Assembly (NCBI RefSeq): GCF_934636505.1
Contig: NZ_CAKUAL010000001.1
Coordinates: 6,706 to 70,705 of the forward strand
DNA from: an uncultured Ellagibacter sp.
Lineage (GTDB): Bacteria > Actinomycetota > Coriobacteriia > Coriobacteriales > Eggerthellaceae
Direction of reading: 5' to 3'
Length of the DNA: 64,000 bases
In this document: one piece after another, positions 44,951 to 55,573 of the stretch
Layout of the letters: every line of letters starts with the position of its first letter
Numbering within the stretch: position 1 is the first letter of the stretch
Notes under the pieces: generated by a model
What the model was told of the DNA's origin: nothing
Databases searched by the model: none
What the model saw: the letters and a program-made list of their open reading frames with translations, nothing else
Position numbers and translations under genes: made by a program

Positions 44951-45943
44951 ATGGACGTTCTGGCGTTCGGTCTGCCTTGGGAAAACATCGTTGTCGATTT
45001 AGTTGGGTACCTACCGGTTCAGATCTTGTACGGCTACGTGATGACGCGGCTTTTGGACATCCCGCGCCCGGCCCTCTTCGTGGTGGCGTATTCCATCTGC
45101 TCCTTTTTGGTGGTGCCGTTTTCCTCGCTGATCGGCATGCCCCTTTTCGGCCTGATGGAGGCTCTGCTCTGCGCGACCCCTGCGCTTTTAGCGCGCGATA
45201 GGGCGCTTCACTGCGTGATTATCGTCGCATCGTCGATCGTCGCCGTTGCCATCGCTTACCTCGCATTCCTTCTCCTTTGGATGCTTGTCGCTGACGATTC
45301 CTTCAGCTACCAGGAGAAATACGCGCGACTTGCCGGCTATGCGGTGGCGTCCGGTCTCCATCTGATCGTGCTCGACGCGCTGTTCGTGCTGCTCCGTCGC
45401 ACCCAAAGCCGGTGGCTGACCCCCGAAGTGAAGCGCTATACCGGTGAGGGAACGAAGTACTTTATATGGTTTCCCCTGCTCCAAGTGCCTTTCTTGCTGA
45501 TTGCGCTTATAGGCATTGGAACGGCCGCCGCGTGGAACCCGCTGCTTGTCGTGGGCGTTCTGCTCATGGGCGTCTTCTTTCTCGTGTCCGACCTTGTCCT
45601 GTTCCGCGCGATCGACGACTTCGTGCTCGAACAGTTTGAGGCTCTTCGCATCGAGGTCCTCGAACGGCAGCTCGACGAAGAACTCAAGCTGTTCGACGAC
45701 CTTTCCGCCCTTCTCGAGAATTCCGCTCAACTACGCCACGACCTGCACAACCATCTGCAGATTATCGAGATGCTCGCGTCGCGTGGTGAATTCGACGTCG
45801 CCCGCGAGCATGTTCGCAATCTTCTTGGGGAAATCGAGAGCATGGACGCCCGAGATGGCTCGGTAATCCTTCGCTCTAAGGCCGCCCTTTCTGCCGCATC
45901 GCCGCTTTGCGAACCCGCCGCATTGTCGAGCGATAGGGCGTAG
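44951..45943 (+). CDS. Polytopic membrane protein with an AgrC/HPK10-type H-box but no ATPase domain
   Basis: About six TM helices, a coiled coil, then LRHDLHNHLQIIEML. The ORF ends about 60 aa later without N/G boxes. Confidence 0.65.
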   Translation: MDVLAFGLPWENIVVDLVGYLPVQILYGYVMTRLLDIPRPALFVVAYSICSFLVVPFSSLIGMPLFGLMEALLCATPALLARDRALHCVIIVASSIVAVAIAYLAFLLLWMLVADDSFSYQEKYARLAGYAVASGLHLIVLDALFVLLRRTQSRWLTPEVKRYTGEGTKYFIWFPLLQVPFLLIALIGIGTAAAWNPLLVVGVLLMGVFFLVSDLVLFRAIDDFVLEQFEALRIEVLERQLDEELKLFDDLSALLENSAQLRHDLHNHLQIIEMLASRGEFDVAREHVRNLLGEIESMDARDGSVILRSKAALSAASPLCEPAALSSDRA

Positions 45944-45949
45944 GGTCAG

Positions 45950-46951
45950 GTGAATGCTATGGACGCGCTTTCCGTTATCTCTCTTTCGCTTACCGTTGCC
46001 GTGCTGGTCGCGATGACGGTGAAGGCCGCCATCCTGTGCCGCCGACTGACCCGCACGTCGTCTCGCTACCTGCTATCTTGCATGTTGTTCCCCGCAAGCC
46101 AGATCGTCTGCGTGGCTGGAATCGCGGCGGCGACGATGCTCCTCCGCCTGAGTCCGGCGACGCTCTTCTTGGCGCTTACGCTGGGCGTGGCATGCATCCC
46201 CCTCGATTCATTGCTGTTCACCGCGCTGGGGAAGGCCGAGCATGCCGATGCCCTTCGCGAACAGGCGCGCCTGCTCGAGGCGCAGATCGACGCCGAGCGC
46301 ATGGGCGCTCGCGGGCTTGTCTCCGTGGGAAACGAGGCGCGCGACATCCGCAGGAAGATCGCCGAGCAGCTTCACGAACTCGATGCGCAGCTTTCCCGAG
46401 GAGAAGTCGCCTCAAGTGGGCAGCGCGTGGACGAGATCATCGTGCTTGCGGGCAGGAAATCGCTGCGCGTGTGCGACCATGTCGCCCTCGATGCGCTGAT
46501 GTCGCTCAAGATGCGGGAATTCAAGGCGAAGGGCGTCAACATGGAGTGCTCGCTGAAGGTTCCTGCCGAGGTGTCGATTTCCAACTCCGAGCTGTGCGCC
46601 CTCGTGTCGAACATGCTCGACAACGCGCTCAACGCCTGTGAAGATGTCGACCGCGGCAAGCGCTTCGTGGTTTTCAGGGCTTCCGTCAAAGGTTCGTACC
46701 TCGTGCTCGATATGCGCAACAGCAAGTCGGCGTCGGAAGGGGGCGAGGGTCGTGAAACGACGCGCCGCGGAATTCTCGGCAGAATCAGGTTCGCCGAGGA
46801 GCAGACGAGCGGCGGCTCCCTCGCTGAGCACGGTTGGGGACTGTCCGTCATCGATACAATCGTGCAGCGCTACGACGGGGCGGTTTCCCTCGAACGCTCC
46901 AAGGGTGGGTTCCGCATGTCGGTAATGGTCGACCTAGCGGCGCAAACGTAG
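45950..46951 (+). CDS. Membrane protein with a GHKL (HATPase_c_5-like) ATPase domain and a degenerate H-box
   Basis: Three or four TM helices. DIRRKIAEQLHEL sits where RHDxxNHL is expected. N-box NMLDNALNA and G-box-like HGWGLSVI. Confidence 0.65.
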   Translation: MNAMDALSVISLSLTVAVLVAMTVKAAILCRRLTRTSSRYLLSCMLFPASQIVCVAGIAAATMLLRLSPATLFLALTLGVACIPLDSLLFTALGKAEHADALREQARLLEAQIDAERMGARGLVSVGNEARDIRRKIAEQLHELDAQLSRGEVASSGQRVDEIIVLAGRKSLRVCDHVALDALMSLKMREFKAKGVNMECSLKVPAEVSISNSELCALVSNMLDNALNACEDVDRGKRFVVFRASVKGSYLVLDMRNSKSASEGGEGRETTRRGILGRIRFAEEQTSGGSLAEHGWGLSVIDTIVQRYDGAVSLERSKGGFRMSVMVDLAAQT

Positions 46952-47029
46952 CCGGCGAGCGCTCTGGATGCGCTACAATATATAGTCGCGTTTTTACCCA
47001 GCGAGAATGAAAACGAGAAGGCAGCAACC

Positions 47030-49585
47030 ATGAAAGCTTACAACCCGCATGAGATCGAACCGCGTTGGCAGAAGGCGTGGGACGAATCAGGTCTGAATAC
47101 CGTTCGAGAAGACGAGTCGAAGCCCAAAAAGTACGTGCTCGAGATGTTCCCCTATCCTTCAGGCGACATCCACATGGGGCACGTGCGCAACTACACGATC
47201 GGCGACGTGATTGCCCGCTACTCGAAGATGCGCGGCTTCGATGTGCTTCATCCCATGGGATGGGACGCTTTCGGTCTGCCGGCCGAGAATGCCGCCATCA
47301 AGCACCACAGTCACCCCGCAAAATGGACGTATGCGAACATCGAGACGCAGAAGGCGTCCTTCAAGCGCATGGGCCTGTCCTATGATTGGGACCGTACGGT
47401 CGTTGCGTGCGACCCCGAGTACTATCGTTGGGGCCAGTGGATCTTCCTGCAGTTCTGGAAACGCGGGCTTGTCGAGCGCCGCGAGTCTCCGGTGAACTGG
47501 TGCCCCAACTGCAAGACCGTTCTCGCAAACGAGCAGGTCACGGAAGGTGAATGCTGGCGCTGCCACGGCGCTGTCGAGAAGCGCGATCTCACGCAGTGGT
47601 ACTTCAAGATCACCGACTACGCGCAGGAGCTGCTCGATGACCTCGATCAGCTCGACGGCTGGCCCGAGCGCGTGAAGCAGATGCAGTCCAACTGGATCGG
47701 CCGTTCGGAAGGCGCCGAGGTCGACTTCGAGCTCCTTCCCGCCGAGGGTAAAGACGACGGCCAGACGATCACCGTGTTCACGACGCGCCCCGACACGCTC
47801 TTCGGATGCAGCTTCTTCCTGCTCGCTCCCGAGAGCAAGCTCGTGCCCGAGCTCGTTGCCGGCACGGAATACGAAGCTGAAGTCATGGCGCTCGTGGAGG
47901 CAGCTTCCAAGGTGAGCGCCGTCGAGCGCGCCCAGGGCGACCGCGAGAAGCACGGCGCGTTCACTGGCCGCTACGTCGTGAACCCCGTGAACGGCGAGAA
48001 AGTCCCCGTGTGGGTCGCCGACTACATCGTGGCCGACTACGGCACCGGCGCGGTCATGGCCGTCCCGTGCGGCGACCAGCGCGACTTCGAGTTCGCCCGC
48101 AAGTACGACCTGCCCATCATCCCCATCATCTTGGGCGAGGACGATGCGCTCTATCCGCAGCTCAAAGACGAGCAGAATCGCGTCGTCACCACGGTCGACT
48201 GGGAGAAATCCTACGAGGCCGAGGGTAAGCTCGTGCAGTCTGGCAAGTACACCGGCATGGTCGGCGGCAAGCATTCGCCCGCCGTCGACGCGATCATCGG
48301 CGACTTGGAGGCCGCGGGCAAGGGGAAGAAGTCGGTGCAGTTCCGCCTGCGCGACTGGCTCATCTCTCGCCAGCGCTACTGGGGAAACCCCATTCCCGCC
48401 ATCTACTGCGACACGTGCGGACTCGTGCCGGTTCCCGAAGAGGACCTGCCCGTCACGCTCCCGAAGGATATTGATCTTTCCGCAGGTGAGACGCTCGCCA
48501 CGCATGAGGAGTTCGCGAAATGCACGTGCCCGAAGTGCGGTGGCCCTGCGCGCCGCGAGACGGACACGATGGACACGTTCACATGCTCGAGCTGGTATTA
48601 CCTGCGCTACACCGACCCGCACAACACCGAGCTGCCCTTCGCCCCCGAGAAGGCGAACCGCTGGATGCCCGTCGACCAGTACATCGGCGGCATTGAGCAC
48701 GCGATCCTGCATCTCCTCTACAGCCGCTTCTTCACGAAGGTGCTGCGCGATATGGGCATGGTCGACTTCGATGAGCCTTTCAAGAACCTGCTGTGCCAGG
48801 GTATGGTGCTCGACGAGCACGGCGACGTCATGAGCAAGTCGAAGGGCAACGTGATTTCGCCCGAGGACATGATCGCAGGTTACGGCGCCGATGCCGTGCG
48901 TGCGTACATCCTGTTCATGGCCCCGCCCGACAAGGAGCTGCAGTGGAATGAGGATGGCCTTGCGGGCATGTACAAGTTCCTGAACCGCGTGTGGCGCATG
49001 GTCGGCGACTTGGCCGGCGTCGCGGGGGAAGACACGCTCTACCAGGAAGGCGGCAAGCTGACCGCCGCTGAGGCCGCGAAGGTGCTCGTGCGCGAGCGTC
49101 ATCGCGTGTGCGGCAAGGTGGTCGAGGACTTCGACCGTAACAACTTCAACACCGCCATCGCCGCCATCATGGAGCTCGCGAACGCGACGGGCGATTTCCT
49201 GCATGCGGCATCCGCCGAGGAGCGCGCGGCAAACGCCGAGTTCAAGGCGCTTTCGACCGATATCGCCGAGGTGCTCGTGAAGCTGCTCTCGCCGATTTGC
49301 CCGCATTGGTCCGAGGAGCTGTGGCACACGGTGCTCGGCCACGAGGGCAGCGTGCACGTCGAGCCGTGGCCTGAGTTCGACCCCGAGAAGGCGAAGGCCG
49401 ACGAGGTGGAGCTCGCGGTGCAGGTGAACGGCAAGGTGAAGGCGAAGATCACGGTTGCCGCCGACGCCGCGGAGGAAGACGTGAAGGCCCAGGCGCTTGA
49501 AGCCGTCTCCCAGGCCATCGAGGGCAAGGACGTGAAGAAGGTCGTCGTCGTCAAGGGACGTTTGGTGAACATCGTCGCGAAATAA
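47030..49585 (+). CDS. leuS: Leucine--tRNA ligase
   Basis: HMGH (HIGH) and VMSKSKGN (KMSKS) motifs, CP1 editing domain, zinc-binding CxxC pairs, 851 aa. Confidence 0.95.
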   Translation: MKAYNPHEIEPRWQKAWDESGLNTVREDESKPKKYVLEMFPYPSGDIHMGHVRNYTIGDVIARYSKMRGFDVLHPMGWDAFGLPAENAAIKHHSHPAKWTYANIETQKASFKRMGLSYDWDRTVVACDPEYYRWGQWIFLQFWKRGLVERRESPVNWCPNCKTVLANEQVTEGECWRCHGAVEKRDLTQWYFKITDYAQELLDDLDQLDGWPERVKQMQSNWIGRSEGAEVDFELLPAEGKDDGQTITVFTTRPDTLFGCSFFLLAPESKLVPELVAGTEYEAEVMALVEAASKVSAVERAQGDREKHGAFTGRYVVNPVNGEKVPVWVADYIVADYGTGAVMAVPCGDQRDFEFARKYDLPIIPIILGEDDALYPQLKDEQNRVVTTVDWEKSYEAEGKLVQSGKYTGMVGGKHSPAVDAIIGDLEAAGKGKKSVQFRLRDWLISRQRYWGNPIPAIYCDTCGLVPVPEEDLPVTLPKDIDLSAGETLATHEEFAKCTCPKCGGPARRETDTMDTFTCSSWYYLRYTDPHNTELPFAPEKANRWMPVDQYIGGIEHAILHLLYSRFFTKVLRDMGMVDFDEPFKNLLCQGMVLDEHGDVMSKSKGNVISPEDMIAGYGADAVRAYILFMAPPDKELQWNEDGLAGMYKFLNRVWRMVGDLAGVAGEDTLYQEGGKLTAAEAAKVLVRERHRVCGKVVEDFDRNNFNTAIAAIMELANATGDFLHAASAEERAANAEFKALSTDIAEVLVKLLSPICPHWSEELWHTVLGHEGSVHVEPWPEFDPEKAKADEVELAVQVNGKVKAKITVAADAAEEDVKAQALEAVSQAIEGKDVKKVVVVKGRLVNIVAK

Positions 49586-49744
49586 ACCTCAAAAGAGGAT
49601 TGTCGCGTTACAATCGTTTCGTTGACAAGCTCCGCTGATCACTTGCTAGGCGGCGGATTGAATGGGAAATCGGGGGTCGGCAGTTTCAGCTGCCGACCCT
49701 TCTTTGTCCTCTCGCAGTTTGGAAGGCATCGAAGTGATAGCTGC

Positions 49745-50401
49745 ATGATTAAGGCGTTGTTGAAAATACTGTGCACCTGCATTGCCGCCGTGGCGATCGT
49801 CGTCGGCGCGACGAATGCGCTGGTGGTCCTCACGACGAAGGATGATATCGTGAGCGTCGACGAGGCTTCGGGCTATCAAGCCGATGCGATCGTCGTGCTT
49901 GGCGCGTCGGTGTTCGCCGATGGTACGCCGTCGACGATTCTGCAGGACCGCCTCGATTGCGGCATCGCGCTCTACAAGGCGGGGGCCGCGTCCAAGATCA
50001 TCATGTCGGGCGACAACAGCACCGAGCACTACAACGAGTGCGCGGCAATGAAGCGCTATGCGATCTCGCAAGGCGTGCCTTCCGAGGACATCTTCTGCGA
50101 CCACGCGGGTTTTTCCACCTACGAGAGCATGTATCGCGCGAAAAATGTGTTTGGTTGCTCGCGTGTTGTGGTCGCCACGCAGACCTACCATCTCTACCGC
50201 GCGCTTTACTCGGCGCACGCCCTGGGAGTCGATGCGATCGGCGTGGCGAGCGACTATCGCAGCTACGGCAAGCAGACCTGGTACGATGTGCGTGAGATTC
50301 CTGCGCGCACGAAGGATTTCTTCAAGGCGCTCTTCGATGTGCCCTCGACGTACGTGGGCGAGCCGATTTCGCTCGACCAATCGGGCGACGTCACGGGGTA
50401 G
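49745..50401 (+). CDS. SanA/YdcF-family (DUF218) protein
   Basis: N-terminal TM helix. ADAIVVLGASV...DRL...SGDN...YNE...M pattern of the SanA family. Confidence 0.7.
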   Translation: MIKALLKILCTCIAAVAIVVGATNALVVLTTKDDIVSVDEASGYQADAIVVLGASVFADGTPSTILQDRLDCGIALYKAGAASKIIMSGDNSTEHYNECAAMKRYAISQGVPSEDIFCDHAGFSTYESMYRAKNVFGCSRVVVATQTYHLYRALYSAHALGVDAIGVASDYRSYGKQTWYDVREIPARTKDFFKALFDVPSTYVGEPISLDQSGDVTG

Positions 50402-50458
50402 GTGCGGCTGGCTGCTGAAGACGGCTGCAAACGGCGACTTCGGGAAAGCGGCGCGCGC

Positions 50459-52072
50459 CTACAGCTCGACGGCCTTGAGCATGTCGATGAGCTCCTGCTT
50501 TTTATGCACGTCGAGCTTCGCGTAGATGCGCTTGCTGTGCGTGCGGATGGTGTTTTCCGACACGATGAGCTCCTCGGCGGTGCGCGCGACGGTGTACCCG
50601 CGCGCGATGTACTCCATGACCTCCGTTTCGCGCGCGCTCAGGCGATATTGCTCGCGAAGGACTTGCGCCTGCTTGGAGAGGCGGTCTGTCAGCTCGAAGT
50701 CGCCTTCGAAATTGCGCCTGCCGCGTTCGCGCGGGGCATCTGCCTGCGAGGTGGGGCTGCCGCTGTGAATGTTCGCGTCGCGACGGCTCCCATCAGGTTG
50801 GCCAGCGCTGTGCCTACTCTCATCAGGCTGGCCGCTGTCGCGACCGTCGAGCATGATGAGCTCGATGTTCTCGGCGGATGGGTCGTGTCGAAGGATTCGC
50901 TTGAAGCCGCCTTGGCCGATGAAGAACATGAATCCCAGAAGGTACAGCGACACGAGCGCGGTCGTCGCCAAGGGGTCGATGCCCAAAATGCGCACCTGCT
51001 CGGAGAAAGTTCCCGCAAGAAATCCCACGTCGTGAAGGGTATACACGATGCCGCCGAAGAAGCCGTAGATAAAGACCGGGTTGATGCCGCGGTCGCGCGA
51101 GGCCTGGGCGCATTGGATCATCATGAGCATGATGACCACGCTGTAGACCGCGTAGAGGATCGCGGCCTGCCATCGGGCATACTCAAGCGACGAGAAGGGC
51201 AGAAGGAGAAACGACGTGATCACGAAGGGGAACGCCACGCGGTAGAGCCCGACGACGTTGAACCGCACGCTCTTCACCTTCCACAGCGCAAGCATGGCGG
51301 TGGCGCCCACGAACGAGGCGGCCATCGAAAGCATGTTCACGAGCGACCCGACTTGGGGCTCGCCGATTGCGAGCGCACGCATGATGCCGGTGCAGAAGCC
51401 GATGGCGCCGACGCAGAGGGCGCTTCGCCAGTAATCGCGGATCACGGCGCGATACACCGTCGGGTTCTCGTGCGGCACGTCCTCGAACATCGGCTGGTCA
51501 AGGTCGATCTCGCGGCTTTTCAACACGATGGCCAGGCCGAACAGCGGCATGAAGATCAAGGGGATGAGAAACGCGGTCACCGCTTGGGGGATAGCGTAGA
51601 GCCCGAAGTACATGATGGCGCCGTACACCGTGCCTCGGGTGAGGTCGAGGTTTCCGCGGTCGGAGTCGAAGCTTGCAAACAGGCGTTGCCACAGCATGTA
51701 GAAGCCAGCCGACCCGAGTCCCAAAAACGCACCACCAACAATGACGAGCGGAAGGGCCGCGCGGTCGATATAGATCGCGGCGATAAGACAGCACCATCCC
51801 AGAAGGTAGGGAATGCAGGCGAGCCTCACGAGAAACCGGCGCGTCGGCCCTGGCAGGAAGTACACGCCCACGGCGCTCGCGAAGTAACACAGCGAGAACA
51901 CGAGCGACTGGGTGAGGAAGAACCAGAAGATGATCTCAGGCGTTTGGAAATCCAGGGGAAGGAACGGGAACACGCCGCCCCAAACGCCCGCGGCATTGAT
52001 CGCAAGGAAGAGCGCATATCCCAGCGAGGCCACGTTCGGGCGTGCAAGATATGTCAGCGCGGTTCTGGCCAC
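50459..52072 (-). CDS. Membrane-integral LuxR-family transcriptional regulator (multi-TM N-domain plus C-terminal HTH)
   Basis: C-terminus LSARETEVMEYIARGYTVARTAEELIVSENTIRTHSKRIYAKL. About 10-12 TM helices. The start is proposed at GTG 52072 behind GAGGAGG, because the codons upstream up to 52219 are AT-rich and atypical. Confidence 0.7.
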   Translation of the reverse strand: MARTALTYLARPNVASLGYALFLAINAAGVWGGVFPFLPLDFQTPEIIFWFFLTQSLVFSLCYFASAVGVYFLPGPTRRFLVRLACIPYLLGWCCLIAAIYIDRAALPLVIVGGAFLGLGSAGFYMLWQRLFASFDSDRGNLDLTRGTVYGAIMYFGLYAIPQAVTAFLIPLIFMPLFGLAIVLKSREIDLDQPMFEDVPHENPTVYRAVIRDYWRSALCVGAIGFCTGIMRALAIGEPQVGSLVNMLSMAASFVGATAMLALWKVKSVRFNVVGLYRVAFPFVITSFLLLPFSSLEYARWQAAILYAVYSVVIMLMMIQCAQASRDRGINPVFIYGFFGGIVYTLHDVGFLAGTFSEQVRILGIDPLATTALVSLYLLGFMFFIGQGGFKRILRHDPSAENIELIMLDGRDSGQPDESRHSAGQPDGSRRDANIHSGSPTSQADAPRERGRRNFEGDFELTDRLSKQAQVLREQYRLSARETEVMEYIARGYTVARTAEELIVSENTIRTHSKRIYAKLDVHKKQELIDMLKAVEL

Positions 52073-52214
52073 GTTCCTCCTCGGGTCACTCCGCGGTTGT
52101 CGTTCTGGTGCAGAGACGTATGTCGATGGCGCTGCGAGTTGCTTCAGTATAGCAATCGCTGCGGAAACATCGGTCTGCAATAGTCGCATAACTATACTTA
52201 CATGAGACGAAATT

Positions 52215-52282
52215 GTCACATATTGCAGTCACATGCAAGCGTTTGACCTGCGATAATTCACAATTCGCACGTTTTATGTGAC
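52215..52282. promoter_or_regulatory. Candidate regulator-binding repeats in the LuxR/dmsA divergent region
   Basis: GTCACAT at 52215 and 52228. Inverted ATGTGAC at 52276. Locally AT-rich. Confidence 0.3.
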
Positions 52283-52459
52283 ACGAGGGGCAGCGAAAGA
52301 AGATATTGTGTTCCGTGTTGAGGCGCGTTCTTATGACGAGATACCACAACGAGAGGACGAGAGGACGCGCGCGGGAGTGGGACGGGAGCCACGCTCGCGA
52401 TTCGAGGCGAGCGCACGGCTCGCCCTTTCTCAGGGGAAGCGATAGGAAGGGAGAATGAA

Positions 52460-54934
52460 ATGCCAAACATGAACGTAAACCGTCGCACGTTCGTCAAGAC
52501 GGCGGGTGCCCTCGGCGCCCTGGCGGCCGTCGGCGGAACTGCGGCGACGGGCTCTCTGTTCGAGCCGACAACGCCGGCTTTCGCCGAGGCGCCCGATGAG
52601 ATCCACTGGTCTCAGTGCAACGTGAACTGCGGTGGAAACTGCATCTTCCAGTGGCATTCCAAGGACGGCAAAATCCAGTACATGGAAACCGACAACCTCG
52701 GGAGCACGGACCTGCAGGCCCGTGCCTGCTTGAGGGGTCGTGCCATGCGCCGCTGGTTGAACAGCCCCGATCGCTTGATGTACCCCATGAAGCGAGTGGG
52801 CAAGCGCGGTGAGGGCAAGTTCGAGCGAATCAGCTGGGACGAGGCCATCGACATCATCGTGGAGAAGCTGAAAACGACGATTGACAAATACGGCAACGAG
52901 GCAATCTATATCAACTACGCAACGGGAATGTACAGCGCGACGGGCCGCGTGCCTATCCAGCGCCTCATGTCCCTGCTTGGCGGCTATGTGAACCAGGGTT
53001 ACGACTACTCCACCCATATGCTTCAGGCAGTTATGCCCTACATGTACGGCAGCGCGAGCAACATCGCCGACCCGAAAACAGGCCTCCACAAAACGTTGGG
53101 GAAGAAGGCGACCAAGTTCAGTCCGTATGACAATGTGAACGCAAGCTCCTTCTCCGAGGCTGAAGCGCACTCCGACCTCGTGGTCATGTTCGGCAACAGC
53201 CCTGCCGAGACGCGAATGGGCGGCGCAAATGCCGTTTGGGATTTCGCTCGCGTCCGCGAAGCCGTTACTGCACGCGGCGGTAAAATCGTCAACATCGACT
53301 TCCGCCTGAACGAATCCTCCTCGGGTCATCCCGATGAGTGGCTCCCTATTCGCCCGGGCACCGACGCCGCTCTTGCGTCGGCCATCGCCTACGAGTGGAT
53401 CAAGGGCGATAAGATCGACAAGGAATTCCTCGACAAGTACTGCGTCGGCTACGATGACGATACGATGCCCGAGTCCGCAAAGGGTCAGAACAAGTCCTAC
53501 AAGGACTACATTATGGGCACTGGCTACGACAAAATCGAGAAGACTCCCGAATGGGCGGCTCCGATCACCCAGATTCCGGCAAACAAGATACGCGAACTTG
53601 CCGACACGATCGCTTCGGCAAAAGCGCCGTTCATCTGCCAGGGATGGGGATCTCAACGCCATACCAACGGCGAGGACACCACGCGCGCCATCTGCATGCT
53701 TCCTATTCTAATCGGGGAAATCGGTCTGCCCGGCACCAACACCGGCCAGCGCGAAGCGGAGCCCCCGACGTATCTGGTGGGCAAGATTCCCTTCACGAAC
53801 CCGATTAAGACGACGCTCCCCGTGTACCAGTGGGTCAACGCGATCGATCATGGCCACAAGATGACCGCGACGAACGCTGGAATTATGGGCGCTGAAAAAC
53901 TCGGCAGCGACCTTAAATTCATCTGGAACTATGCGGGGAACTGCCTGACAAACCAGCATGGCGACATCAACTACACCCACGAGATCCTCTCCGATGAGAG
54001 CAAGTGCGAGTTCATCTTGGTGTGGGATACCGTCATGACCGACTCCGCGAAGTATGCCGACCTGCTTCTGCCCGACGCGATGCGCTCCGAGCAGATGAAC
54101 TTGCAGACGCAGGGCTACTCCGAGTATTACACCGCTGTCGTTGTCGGAACCCCAGCTCAAGAGCCGCCGGGAGAGTGCCGCAGCAACTACGATGTGTGCG
54201 CCGACATCGCCGAGCGCTTCGGGCTTCGGGAAGAGTTCACCGAGGGCCGCACGCACGACGACTGGGTCGAGTACCTGTACAAGAAGGGTGCCCAAGCGGA
54301 CGACAAGATGCCGAGCTGGGAGCAGATCAAGGAGCAGGGCGTTTATAAGCGTGCGCTCGAGCCGGCGATCGGCCTCAAGAGCTTCCGCGACGACCCGGAT
54401 GAGCACCCCCTGGCGACGCCGTCGGGCAAGATCGAGATCTACTCGGAAACGCTTGCGGGCCTGAACGATACTTGGGAACTCGCCGAGGATGAAGTCATCA
54501 ATCCGATTCCGGTCTTTTCTGAAGGCTTCCATGGCTACGGAAGCGTGACCAGCGAGTTCCCGCTCTACTGCTCGGGATTCCACCACAAGAGCCGCACCCA
54601 TAGCTCGTTCGGCTTCATCGAGGAGCTCGAGAAGGTCGCTCGCCAGCAGCTGTGGATCAACCCCGCCGACGCGGAGCCGCGCAACATCATGGACGGCGAC
54701 ATGCTTGCCGTTAAGAGCCCCGTTGGCGAAATCCGCATCGAGGCGAAGGTCACCCCGCGCATCGTTCCCGGCACTGTCGGCATCCCGCAAGGCGCATGGC
54801 ATAAGGCGGACATGTTCGGCGACAAGATCGACACGGGTGGATGTGTGAACACGCTGACCGCCTACAAACCGTCGCCCCTTGCGAAGGGCAACGGGACTGC
54901 TCACTCGATGATCGTCCAGGTTTCGAAGGCGTAA
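52460..54934 (+). CDS. DMSO-reductase-family molybdopterin oxidoreductase, catalytic A subunit (Tat-exported)
   Basis: Twin-arginine signal NRRTFVK...AFA. FS0 motif CNVNCGGNC. The size and N-terminus are DmsA-like. Confidence 0.85.
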   Translation: MPNMNVNRRTFVKTAGALGALAAVGGTAATGSLFEPTTPAFAEAPDEIHWSQCNVNCGGNCIFQWHSKDGKIQYMETDNLGSTDLQARACLRGRAMRRWLNSPDRLMYPMKRVGKRGEGKFERISWDEAIDIIVEKLKTTIDKYGNEAIYINYATGMYSATGRVPIQRLMSLLGGYVNQGYDYSTHMLQAVMPYMYGSASNIADPKTGLHKTLGKKATKFSPYDNVNASSFSEAEAHSDLVVMFGNSPAETRMGGANAVWDFARVREAVTARGGKIVNIDFRLNESSSGHPDEWLPIRPGTDAALASAIAYEWIKGDKIDKEFLDKYCVGYDDDTMPESAKGQNKSYKDYIMGTGYDKIEKTPEWAAPITQIPANKIRELADTIASAKAPFICQGWGSQRHTNGEDTTRAICMLPILIGEIGLPGTNTGQREAEPPTYLVGKIPFTNPIKTTLPVYQWVNAIDHGHKMTATNAGIMGAEKLGSDLKFIWNYAGNCLTNQHGDINYTHEILSDESKCEFILVWDTVMTDSAKYADLLLPDAMRSEQMNLQTQGYSEYYTAVVVGTPAQEPPGECRSNYDVCADIAERFGLREEFTEGRTHDDWVEYLYKKGAQADDKMPSWEQIKEQGVYKRALEPAIGLKSFRDDPDEHPLATPSGKIEIYSETLAGLNDTWELAEDEVINPIPVFSEGFHGYGSVTSEFPLYCSGFHHKSRTHSSFGFIEELEKVARQQLWINPADAEPRNIMDGDMLAVKSPVGEIRIEAKVTPRIVPGTVGIPQGAWHKADMFGDKIDTGGCVNTLTAYKPSPLAKGNGTAHSMIVQVSKA

Positions 54935-54948
54935 GGGGGTAGATGAGA

Positions 54949-55572
54949 ATGACGCAGTACGGATTTTATTTCGACAGCACGCGCTGCACCGGATGCCGCA
55001 CGTGCGAGATAGCCTGCAAGGATTACAAGGATTTGGGCGTCGATTTCGCGTATCGACATGTGTACGACTGCGAAGGCGGCGACTGGCAGATGCAATCTGA
55101 CGGCACCTACACGCAGGATTGCTTCGTCTACCACGTGTCGCTGGGCTGCCAGCATTGCGACGACCCCGCTTGCGTGAAGGTGTGCCCGACCACTGCGATG
55201 CATAAGGATGCGAGCACGGGCCTGGTCTCGGTCGACGAGCGCAAGTGCATCGGTTGCGGCTACTGCCACATGGCGTGCCCCTACAATGCGTCGAAGGTCG
55301 ATCGCGAAAAGGGCCACAGCGTGAAATGCAACGGCTGTGCGGAACGCGTGGCCGAGGGGAAGAACCCCATCTGCGTGGACGCCTGCCCGCTTCGCGCCCT
55401 CGACTTCGGCCCTATCGAGGACATTCGCAAGAAGTACGACGGTGTCGACTCCGTGCCTCCTCTGCCCGACGCGAGCTATACCCACCCGAACATTGTCGTG
55501 AAAAAATGCCCTGCCGCCGCGCGCGCTAAAAATGTCGCCGGTCTGGTGGCTAATCCCCTGGAGGTGATGTAG
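54949..55572 (+). CDS. DmsB-type 4Fe-4S electron-transfer subunit
   Basis: MTQYGFYFDSTRCTGCRTCEIACKDYKDL plus three further Cys clusters. The RBS spacing favours ATG 54949. Confidence 0.85.
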   Translation: MTQYGFYFDSTRCTGCRTCEIACKDYKDLGVDFAYRHVYDCEGGDWQMQSDGTYTQDCFVYHVSLGCQHCDDPACVKVCPTTAMHKDASTGLVSVDERKCIGCGYCHMACPYNASKVDREKGHSVKCNGCAERVAEGKNPICVDACPLRALDFGPIEDIRKKYDGVDSVPPLPDASYTHPNIVVKKCPAAARAKNVAGLVANPLEVM

Positions 55573-55573
55573 C

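Noticed and set aside
46952-47029. Possible T-box leader upstream of leuS
   Set aside because: Only about 78 nt are available, and I saw no specifier or T-box consensus. There is just a TACAAT-like -10.
47159-49357. 732-aa minus-strand ORF
   Set aside because: It lies entirely antisense to leuS, which has unambiguous HIGH and KMSKS motifs. It is a GC-rich frame artefact.
50402-52183. 593-aa plus-strand ORF
   Set aside because: It is antisense to the membrane LuxR gene, whose HTH and TM pattern are convincing. Its composition (Arg/Glu/His/Asp-rich) is non-protein-like.
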